From assembly GCA_030704615.1 (NCBI GenBank), contig CM060731.1, forward strand, positions 42,036,001 to 42,100,000: a DNA stretch of 64,000 nt. The letters run 5' to 3'. This DNA comes from Takakia lepidozioides. Lineage: Eukaryota > Plantae > Bryophyta. The translations under genes and the position numbers were made by a program. A model generated the notes under the pieces. That model was given only the letters and a program-made list of their open reading frames with translations. It did no database searches and was not told the origin of the DNA. Of the stretch, positions 1-10,800 are shown piece by piece. Numbering within the stretch: the first letter of the stretch is position 1; every line of letters begins with the position of its first letter.

Positions 1-905
1 GAAAATTATGAGAATGGATTATACATTATATACACTAGCGGCAACGATTTCTCATATCAGTATCTCCGAGACATGGGACCTATAGATGTAATGAAACATA
101 TTGTGCCTCAATCGGTGGCTACAGTTGGAAAGACGACAATTATGCAAGGAATGGGTTTCCTGCGCAGTTTTGAATATTGAAGAAAAGAGGTTATCTCCAC
201 CAGCCTTCTTCACCAATTGTGGGATATTCTTCTAGAGCTTTCTTACTCTTGGAGCTCAAACTCAAGATGCTTGCAACTTCTAGAGCTTGGGGCAATCTTT
301 TTTGCATCATGAGACCTTTTGTCAGCTGCTACAGAGAACTTATATAATACAGGAGCTAGACATTTTTTTATTTACAACAATCCCGCCGAAGGTTGTTCCA
401 CTATTTTCCTCTCAAATTGGGGCACTCATGAGGTTCCAAGAGACGAGTATGGGTGTTTAATTCCCTTCAATGAGGTTGTTTTAGCTTACAATGAGGGTTT
501 GAAACGTATGATTCAAAGATCTCCAGCAGCGCCTTCCAGGAATTTCTGTTCATTTTTGGTCGATATTATGACATCAACATGGACATTGTGAAGCATCCGG
601 AGGAATATGGATTTCCACAAGAGAACGTATTCCAGGCGGCTTGTGGGTATGGACATCCATACAATTTCAACGTAGATGCTATGTGTGGAAACATTAACGC
701 CACAGTGGGAGGAAAAGTTGTGGGTTTAGATGTATACAAATCTAGGGATCCCAACAACTATATCATATAGGATGGAGTGCACTTTACAGAGGCCTTCTAC
801 AAGATTGTAGCAAAGCCATTTTTGACAGGAGAATATTTGGATCCGCCCATCAATTTCATGACAAAATGCCAGTTAGACGAGGAATATTTTGCCAAAGGGA
901 TGTGA
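1..905 (+). pseudogene. GDSL esterase/lipase, 3' part, disrupted (begins before the window)
   Basis: 1-~141 reads ENYENGLYIIYTSGNDFSY (GDSL block III, GND). ~337-520 reads NLYNTGARHFFIYNNPAEGC. The frame shifts at ~515-565, then DIVKHPEEYGF..ACGYG.PYNFN..CG..DPNNYII*DGVHFTEA (block V, DxxH). The conserved W codon is TAG at 768-770. The ancestral stop TGA is at 903-905. Confidence 0.85.
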
Positions 906-2054
906 TCCATAGAATGATGACGAGTTGAGGATAGATCAATTTTTGTGCTTGTGTATTCCCAATTGGGTGTTTGAAACTGTGCAATAAAATTTAATAGTGT
1001 ATTGTGATCTATCTGTTGTCAGCTAAGAGGCAATGAACTTGGTAAGTCATCACTTGTGCATGAATAAAGGGGTGTGTTATCTGTACAATCTTGTGCAAAA
1101 TTCAACCTTAGTTTAGATTTACATAAGATTAGATTAGTTTACATTTGATCTGAGCTTTATATGCACTTATGGACACCCTATGTGGCATCACTATATGCTG
1201 ATGGATTAGAGCTCCCCATGACATGACCAGCCTCTCCCCCTTTGGAAAGCATCAGAATTGTCCTTTCATACATTAAGCAAGTAACTTAACCGTGTGTAGA
1301 TTGCCATAGCTTTCGGAACCTGTCACAAAAAGGACACCTCTAAGGGGAATAGCTAGCTTGTGGATGCAAGTGGAACTTTGTATACAAAAATATGTTTGGA
1401 GGATGCCCTTTCCAGATAGGAGTGATGACTCCTGGACCTTGTATTTAACTGGTGGGATTGGTATCTTCAGAAGGATTAGGTTTCTTTGTACATTCCAATC
1501 CTAAAGTCTCACGTCAGCCTATGAATCAACAACACTGATTCACTCCATTCGACACTGAATAAACCTTAAGACTCCTCCCTGTGGTATGATGTGCATATGC
1601 TAATCCAGGGTTTTGAATGGCAAAACGAGGCAAGTATTTTTCAACCAGATGAGCTGGTTATGGATTGCATTCACTCTTTGCAAGCATGTGACCATGCGAG
1701 GGGGGGTTTTGCACTGAGCCGTAATATCCTAGTTTAGGGAGCCAGCCTTTGTTATCAACTGGAAAAATTTCAGAATACTTTATTTCAAAATAGGGATTAT
1801 AAGGAAAAAATTACTTCCCTGAACTTGGAGGCCACAGTGGAGGTCGAGTTAGTTTTCACTGAAAGGGGCTACTGGGATACTTTATTCTTCTACGCATACT
1901 AAGTAAGTACCCCCAAAATACGGTGAACAATTTCGCACAGAAGATTTTTTCTCTAAAAAAATAAAAATAAAATTTTGAAGTTAGGGCTATGGCGGGAAAA
2001 TGGAGTCCCTGCGAGGGAGGAACACAACAAAAGACACGGAGCTGGAATCTGTGG

Positions 2055-2094
<40 letters not shown>

Positions 2095-2243
2095 CAGACT
2101 AGCGACAGAATCGGGAAACAGAGCTTCGTTCTTTGGCTTCTGACGGCAAAGGGCTCGGCCAGGGAGTTGGTAGAAAGAGGAAGTGGTGGAGGGAGAGGTG
2201 TAGGGAGGGATATAGTGATAAGGCATACATGTAAGCATTTGCC

Positions 2244-2715
2244 ATGGAGAGGCTCCCATTGATACTATGCATGGAGCGTGGCCCGAATGAAGGCGCAAGT
2301 TTTGACTGCACGAAGGTCAAGCGGGTGACTGTCGGACGTACACGCCAAAACAATTATCAGATCAAAAGATCCCACAGTCTCCCAGAAGCATGCAGTCATC
2401 GAATGGAAGGACGATCGTTGGTCGATTGTGGACGTGGGGAGCTCTAACGGGACAGCCATTAACGGGATCCGTCTTGAGACCGGTGTGCCTATGCAGCTTA
2501 GCGCTGATGACTTGCTCATATTTGGGGAAGAGATCAAGGTACGCGTACATATGGAGCAAGGCGAGAAAGGTCCCACGGTGGAGCAGTGGTTTGCACTGGA
2601 GGGGACGCGCTCGTCGCATCAGTTGGATGTCAAGACCGAGGCCATTGTAGAGGATATGAAGAAGCAGGCCAAGCTCTTAAAGCAGGCATTTCGAGCCTAT
2701 GCACGGGTAGAGTGA
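2244..2715 (+). pseudogene. FHA-domain BORI-like gene, duplicate copy with +1 frameshift
   Basis: Same as 40375-40845 except ATCAAAAGAT (2361-2370) versus ATCAAAGAT, which splits it into ORFs 2244-2447 and 2428-2715. There are also five substitutions. The extra A could be a homopolymer sequencing error. Confidence 0.75.
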
Positions 2716-4345
2716 GGTGAAATGTGGCACTTCATGGGGGATCATGGTACCCTCTCGATATCCATTTTCTTGGATGATGCGGAGAGGATACGCAGAAGTC
2801 CATCTTTTGGATCCGGAAAGAGCATCCAGTGTCTTCATGTTTCATGTCTTTGCCTCTGTGAAAAGCTTTCCATCTCTTACTTGGAAAGGACAAGGTGTTT
2901 ACCAGGTGCTAGCATCAGCAAAGCAGTTTACTTGTGCAAGTCATAGCATTATAAAGTATTTAGCACTCCACCACCAGGACATCTATTTCAAACTGATGTT
3001 TCCCGTGTCGAAGAGAAGTAGTGCCTGAAAACACATTACGGAACCTTCTATGGAGGTTCATATGAGGGACAGGTGTAGATTGGAAGGTGTGGTATTCACA
3101 AGACTTTCTCAAACTCCGCACAAATTGGTCAGGATCATATTTCTACCCCTCTACCTTTAAGCTAGTCACGAGTAGATGGAGGGGAATCCTCATGATCTTC
3201 AAGTATTGTTGGTGCATTTGCACTGTTCTGCAGAATCAGCAGCCTTGTATAACAGTTAGACGCATTAAGCTGCTGATTCTGCAGAATGCAACAGAGAATG
3301 CAGATGCTGTTTTGCATAAGAGCAGCATACAATGATGCACGTCTTAACAGTTGAGGGGGTAGGTTTTCTCTTAGGAATGCTGGACAACGGGATGCAGATC
3401 TCGATGTTATGTGATCTACACTTCTTTTTCTCGTTTTCACTCTTAAACTGTGCAAATCTCTTCCGATTTCTTCTGGTTTACTTGTAATCACGCAGCTTGC
3501 GTCATGCAACTTGAAAGTCTCTGTATATGGATGTCCATGAATGCTAGAGTTAACCCTACTGTGACTGTAATTCATTGTACCTTTCAGGTACAAAAATGGA
3601 AAGGAAATAGATGAGAGAAGTTTGCTAGGATACCAAGGATGCAGAAGGTGATCATATTTGTCCAACAGTGAAGGTTGTGATGAGTTTGTGCATATACAAT
3701 CTGATAGATAATTGTTATACCTTCATCTTGATGCTTTGTGGCAAATCACTCATCAAGAATTATGGTTATTTCATTTACAGTCTGTTTCCTTCAGTCTGGT
3801 GTTTGGTTTACCTAGCAGGGACAATGCTCAAGAAAGACCTGGGCTTCTGAAGATGTTACTTGGCATGTGAGTGGTCTTGTACTTTTTCTTCCTCTGCATT
3901 CTCCACTTGCTTTCATGACTTTGAGTGCCAGCAGTTCACTTGTGCACCTGTGAGCCATATGGCTTCTTGACACCCTGTAAATTCTTGTCTGAGTGTTCTT
4001 TGTCATTCAACACTTGGAAAGCCAACGTTATATCACTTTCCTGAATGTCAAAGAGCTACATTTTCCTCCACTTGTCCTTCCCATAGCGTAATTCCAAGGA
4101 AACAACAAAGTGTTCTTAAAAGTGAACTTTGTACAGAATAGACACAATCAGACAAGTCTGAAATCTATGGGTGGGCTTTCTACTCGTGTACTCTTCCAAC
4201 CTCCCAATCCTTTCAGATAGCCACTGTATCTGTACATATATACACAGAGAGGGTAGGGGGGTTGTGCTATTCCCTTGTGTAAACAAGTTTATAGGGAGAA
4301 AAAATGGTCTTTACTTGACCATGGCCACATTTACCCTCAGGTTCC

Positions 4346-5523
4346 TTAAGACTCAACTTTGCATAGTGTATCTCCACGAAAAATCCACCGGGCAAAAGTG
4401 CTGGTATAATCAAGGCTGGCAGTTGCACTTGGCATGCTACTGCAAAGATCAGTGCCCATATTCTCATATTGGTCAAGAGCAGACTCTATTGCCAGCCTGA
4501 CCTTCTCATCATCAATGCCTTCTGCTGCCTCAGCAATTGCATTGTAATAATCTATCCCTTCAACAGCTACGTCCACAAGATCCAAAGATGGTCCCTGCAT
4601 CAGAAAGCAAGTTTTGCCTCTTAAAAGTATAGTCAGAGACCAGCCAGCCTGCCAGTGTGGAGGCATGAAAAATTGTACAGGCAGTTCACAAAGAAACTGA
4701 GTCAATGAAAGCAGGAGCACCTTGCAACATTGGACATAATGTTGGTTGGCTTCGCTCTCTTCAACCGAGCCTGGGAGAAGTCCAGTTCCATACCAGCTAT
4801 CATGTTCTGATGATGCAGTCATTACATATCTGTGGACACACACAGGCAACCTAAATGTCCTTAGATGGGAAGGTGGACTCCCTAGACATCTCTAGTCTTA
4901 GAGTCAACTACATCGACAGAAAGAAAAGTATATCTTAACACTCCCACATCCCTTGAACAGGGAGCACTCACTCTCACTCCCATTTCAGTTCGGTATGTGC
5001 GCATCATCAAGGAAATACTAGCACAACTGGAGGTGGAAGCTCACCTATCATACAGGTCCTCCTCAGCATAAGCACCTGATGAAGATAGCCAATTGAACTC
5101 AGCAAATTCTCGCCCTGTTTGATCCTCAGTGTTTTTCTGGGGTCCACTTTGCCCAGAATGCCCATTTGCTACTGTTTGGTCATCCGCTTTACGCTGGCCA
5201 AAGAGCCAAATTGGACTCTTCAACTGCACCTCCCTGAAGAGCAAGCCAACGAATAAATTGGTGAATGACAACAAATAACATTGCCTACTCAGAAAATGCA
5301 TCAAGAAAAGCAGTTGTCTATGTCACTGATAAACGCTATCATCTGTCTTTCACCTTACGTCCACTGACATATTAACTTCACAGTGAGAGACATATGTAGC
5401 AGAAGCAAAGAGAGGGCGCACTCACGCAGCATCAGGGGCAGTCCCTGTAACTCCCCCAAGAGGGCCCTTTTTCAGCTCTGCCTCCCCATACATGGATACA
5501 TGCTTGAAGGACCCGGATGACAC
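4346..5523 (-). pseudogene. Orphan duplicate of the last four exons (14-17) of the SAC phosphatase gene
   Basis: [14 protein letters not shown].., [15 protein letters not shown].., [14 protein letters not shown].. and [22 protein letters not shown] match 42477-43655. The duplication ends at 5611, so the upstream exons are missing. Confidence 0.9.
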
Positions 5524-5655
5524 CTAAGTCCAACCACAATGTACAGTTTAGATCCATAAGAACACATCCAACTGCGGAAGACTCAAGTGACCATATTGTG
5601 AAAAGTCTAGTAATGCTGCCTAGTAACTACTGCAGTTCTGCTTCAGCATTAACCC

Positions 5656-5698
<43 letters not shown>

Positions 5699-6179
5699 CA
5701 TGGGTCTTGGTTCTCTATTAGGCCACCTCCTCTCTCTCATAGAAAGCTTGGACTGAAGACCAGCTGCTCACTACAACGCAGGTAAGTAAGAGGAGTTGGA
5801 GGTGTATAGAGAGTGGAAGACAGTAGGGGCACTAAAAGTAGTAATAGGCATTGGGGGATCCATTCCATGAGATAATATAGGACGTGGCCTTTTGCCTGCT
5901 TCTTATCCCAACGCCGCATGTATGGACGCCAGTGCAGGCAACCCGGGTGGCAATCTGTGTCATGGCCTGCCTAACTCTCCCCCACCGTCTCTCTTGATGC
6001 AAAGAGGTCGGGAAGTGTTGGGAGGGAAGACGAGGTGATGTTTATGTCACAACTTGTCTCAGGATGACAGACTGCACGTTCTCGGAAGCGTCTTGTTGTT
6101 GAGCTGCTCCAATTTCATGTATTGGGGTGTGCGGAGAGAGTTTCCCAGATGATAGTGGAGTACTAAAGACTGCAAGGGC

Positions 6180-7723
6180 ATGGGGTCTGTGGCGACGTTG
6201 AAGCTGTGGAGGACTGGTTTGTCTTCGTCACATTGTGCAGACTCTTCTTCATCATCACCCAAGTTTTGGTTTCCCGGAAGGCCGGGCTCCCCCTGTTTGG
6301 ATCACCCTTGTTTGTCAGTTTGTAATGCGGTTTCCTCTCATCTAACAAGCTCAAAAGCACACTCTTATTCATCGTGTGGGAGAGAAGCTTGTTTTGAGTA
6401 TGTGGCAAAAAATCTGTGTCCATTCTCGGTTAAAGAGGCGCAAATTTTGCGGGGTCTTGTGTGCAAGGCAACTACGGGAAAGTCTGGCAATGTGGCGATA
6501 GATTCACTGGCTGTGGACTCCAATGCATCGGTGGTTGAGTCAGATAGCTCCCACCTGGGCTCGCCCTCTTCCATATGGGAGGAGAGAGATGGAAAACCGC
6601 TGGTATTGAATGATGAGCTATCTCGGCTGTTGGTGTTGGTGCCGAGGCACATAAGCGAGAGGCTAGTGGAACATCCCGAGATTGCGCAATTGGTAGAGAT
6701 TGTCCTCGACCTGGGGCGCTGTCCAAGGGCCCGCTTTCCATCTGGGGATTGGTCCATCTCTGAGAACCTGGTCACAGCTGGGGACCTTGAACATGCAGTC
6801 TCTCTGGTACTTACCCGCCCGTGCTCTGATCTGGGCTTGTTGGTCGCATTGGATTTTTGTACCTCACACACTCATATTGGACGGGGATGTTGTGTGCATT
6901 CTTTCAGGACACCAGTTGGAATTGGCTTTAGAATCTCTTATATCCATTTTCCGATCCTGTTTCAGCCCCGGAATTTCGGGGAGTCTGTCTTCTTTGCCTA
7001 GGCACACCAGACCCATCAGACGACATCCCCAAGCTTCACATGGGTCCATTTTTCTCTGTAGGCCCCTCCATTGTTTGGCATCTCTTTCCCTGTATGCCGA
7101 GATATGAATGAGAAACCGTACTTCAGTGTTCTCCATCGTGGTTGGTGTAGGTGGGAGAGTTTGCCGACGATAACCGGGCTGGCATAGATCGCACACTGCA
7201 TCGCGTAAGTGCGATTCGAAATCGAGGGGGGCGGATAGTGGGGCTTACATGCAGGGTTGGTCGTGCCATTTCAGGCAGTGCAGAGATGGTCCGTGACCTA
7301 GTCGCAAGCGGTGGTTCTCTGTTGCTCATGGGACCCCCTGGTGTTGGCAAGACTACAGCCATCAGGTCTGCCCCCCATGCGTGCATTGACCTACACAATT
7401 GTTTTTTTTCTCTGTATTCGGTGTTTGTATCTTCGTCTTTGACGGAGGGGAGAAGAGAAAACCAAAAACAAGCATAATCAATAAGAACACCCATCCCCAT
7501 AAGAGTACTTCCCTCTTTGGAGGTGCTAGAGTACAGTTGTGTGGGTGCCCATTTTGCTCTGCTGGGTCTTGCATGATCGAGCAATAATATGTTGCAGCAA
7601 TGGCGGATCTCGCACATGCAATCTCGCACATGCAAATAAGAAAGTTGTGTAATGAGCAGGAAAGAAAGAAAAGTGCAGAGCTGTGAAAACAGAAATTATC
7701 AGATAATTGTTGCATAGTGCAAC

Positions 7724-7814
<91 letters not shown>

Positions 7815-10800
7815 TACTCATAAGACGTTGTTTGCCGTAGCCTTGTGGCCATTGACCCCACGCCCAGTTTGAGCGGAAACCAAAGGGACAGAACCTACCT
7901 CCGTCAGGGGCTGACATTGGTAGTAAGACTTACCTTTATAAATAGAATTAATTTAATTCGGGTTTTTCCAGATATCCTCTAGAAATCCCTTCACACAAGC
8001 ATCAATCTGCTGTGTGTGATTTGCCCAAAAACTAGGCCTCAGAAGGGCCTGGGCTTTTGGCTGGTTGGAGTTATCAACCCATATAGCAGATCCGTACTCC
8101 AAGGCAGGTCTAATAACGCGGCAAAGTAAGGTTTTCCTGACCTCAGAGTTAATCCCTCTGCAGTGAAAAAATTTAGTGAGACTCAGCGCTTTGCCCTTGC
8201 CAGTTTGAACAACTTTCTGGATGTGTGCATCCCAGTTACAGTTGGAGGAAAACTCAATGCCCAGGTATGTGTAGGAAGGGAGGACTGGGATCTCTTGGCT
8301 ACCCCACTGCCACTTAAGATCACTTCCTCCCTCTCCTCTGTCGTTGAATGCCACCACTGCACATTTACTGACATTAGCCTCTAGCCCCCAAAGATCAAAG
8401 TATCTCTTCGCGCAATCAATCAATTCCTGGAGGTTGGAAGGTTCTCCCCTATGCCTGCGAAGTCATCCGCAAACATAAGGGCTGGAATGGTGGCATCACC
8501 CACCCTTAACCCAAATCCCTCACGTTCCACATCCTCGTGGAGTTGATTGATGAAAACATTGAAGAACAGAGGGGAGAGCGTACATCCTTGAGCTACACCT
8601 TGGTCTATGTCAAAGAAGTTAGACTTCTGTCCATTAACAGTGACACAGCTTTTGGTGTGGGCATACAAGTTATGGACAACTCTCCACATTTTTCCCTTGA
8701 TTCCGCAAGACCAGAGGCGGAGCCATAGACCATCCTCCACACTGTGTCATAAGCCTTTTTGACATCCAAGAAAAAAACCTAAGTGGGTTTCCCTACTTTT
8801 TTCCTTCCCTGGATAATCTGGCTTAGAGTGAAGATATGGTCCACACAGCCCCTGTTTCACCGAAAGCCAGCTTGGCCTTCGGGAAAACAACCTCTAGATT
8901 CCTGATCAACCTCGAGACGAGTACTTATAACTCTGCAAAATATCTTGCCAACAGCATTGAGGAGTGTGATGCCACGATAGTTCCCCGGGTCTTCTCTGTC
9001 ACCCTTCTTGTATAGATTGACAATGACCCCCTGTCGCCAGCGAAAGGGGATCATTTCAGTCTTTCCAGATAAGGTTAAAGAGGAGAACTAGGGCCTCTAT
9101 CATGGGATCGCCACCGTGCTTGATAAGCTCGTTGACTATGCCATCAGGACCACCTGCTTTATATCCATTTAGATGTTCAATTGCTTCCACAATCTCAGAA
9201 GAACTAATGGGAGCGTTGTAGGCTTTTGAAATATAGTCCAGTTCATCAGGGCTGTTTTGAATCATAGGAACAGTTTTACCAACTGTGTCCTTCCATTCAT
9301 CAGAGGACCCCTCACTGTTAGACCTAGAAGTTCTGCCAAGGATACTGTGGTGGGTTTCAAAGGTTTTGAGAATGTCAAGACTTGCGGATCCAGGTCCAGG
9401 TCCTTGAGGATCTTCTTCTCTCTCTCTCTTCTGCCAGGACTTAGCCTGTTTGACAGGGCGGTCCTGTTTCCAAGATATAGAGTCGATTAACTTAGGATAT
9501 CTGGTGTTGGGCATATGTTGCAGCTGACCCCACCATCTGACCTTGAATTCATCTCGTCGGGAGCTTAAGGACGGAATGCCAAACTCACCCCGAACAGCCA
9601 CATTGGCTGTTTTGGAGCATGCTGACATACACTCCTTAAGCACCCCCACTTGAATGGATTCTAGAGACTTAGCCTGGTTGGAGTTATCAACCCATATAGC
9701 AGATCCGTACTCCAAGGCAGGTCTAATAACGCGACAAAGCATGGTTTTCTTGACCTCAGAGTTGAGAGAGAGAGAGAGAGAGATTGTACTCATAAGACGT
9801 TGTTTGCCGTAGCCTTGTGGCCATTGACCCCGCGCCCAGTTTGAGCGGGTACAAAAGGGACAGAACCTACCTCTGTCAGGGGCTGACGTTGGTAGTAAGA
9901 CTTACCTTCATATATAGAATTAGAGAGAGAGAGAGAGAGAGGGAGAGAGTTTTTTGCATTTTCCAGGGCCTTTTGTGTAAAATTCGTGGTTTCTTACCTT
10001 CACTCCTTTCTTCTATACTGATGTCTTTTGCCAAGAGGCTTTGTCATGAAGTGTGGTCCCGACCTTGCTCCGACCTTTCTATTATTTTTGAGCGAAGGTA
10101 CTCATAAGACATTGAATTCTATACCCTATTTTTCTTGAGAAAGAGAGAGAAGAGTGGAATGATTTGCGAAAAAAACGGGTCTCTTCATTGTCGTCATGAC
10201 AGGTTTCTACTTGGAAATGAGCCTGCAAAGAATAATTTTTTTTGGGTAGGGAGGTGGCGCGGATGCTAGCGGACGAGTATCACAAAAGGGCGGTGATTGT
10301 GGACACATCAAATGAGATTGCAGGGGATGGTGACATCCCACATTCTGGCATTGGTTCGGCACGTCGTATGCAGGTGCCCAAAGTTGACATGCAGCATGAG
10401 GTGAATCACTGTTCCTTTTCTGTAGTTTTCTCTGCTGTGTCAGTCCATTTTCTGTCACTCACCCTTGAGAGAGGGAAGTAGCTTTGCTAGAATGAAGGAG
10501 GCCTGTGCACTGTCGTAAGCCCATTCAGCATTTTGTAGATGTTACATAGGTCACCCCCCGTTTTTTTTTCTGCTTTCTCCTTTCTCTGCACTCTCGCACT
10601 GGGATGGAGTGAGAACTGGAAAAATGCTCAAGGTGATTGTGTATACCTACCTGGGAAGTGAGTTTCAAGCTTTATGTCTTTGATGTCAGATTATGATAGA
10701 GGCTGTGGAGAATCACATGCCTCAGACGATTGTGATTGATGAGATTGGCACGGAGTTGGAGGCCTTGGCTGCGGGCACAATAGCTCAGCGTGGGGTGCAG

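Larger units (their letters stand above)
1708..5611 (+). repeat. 3.9 kb direct segmental duplicate of 39826-43743 (BORI-like gene plus 3' exons of SAC gene)
   Basis: Near-identical sequence from TTTGCACTGAGCCGTAATATCC (1708/39826) to CCATATTGTGAAAAGTCTAGT (5611/43743), with scattered substitutions and 1-bp indels. Confidence 0.97.

Noticed and set aside
768-770. TAG in the GDSL gene repaired by RNA editing or read-through
   Set aside because: The locus is nuclear, TAG>TGG is not a C/U edit, and an independent frameshift is also present.
5600-5611. Helitron 3' end (CTAG|T) at the duplication boundary
   Set aside because: The same CTAGT is native to the SAC intron at the source locus, and there is no subterminal hairpin or 5' TC at 1708.
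7526-7917. ORFs with poly-LS tracts (also 1987-2298, 39977-40429)
   Set aside because: They are translations of (CT)n microsatellites.
9056-9793. 245-aa ORF as an intact gene
   Set aside because: Chance in-frame fusion of a microsatellite and two out-of-order LINE segments.
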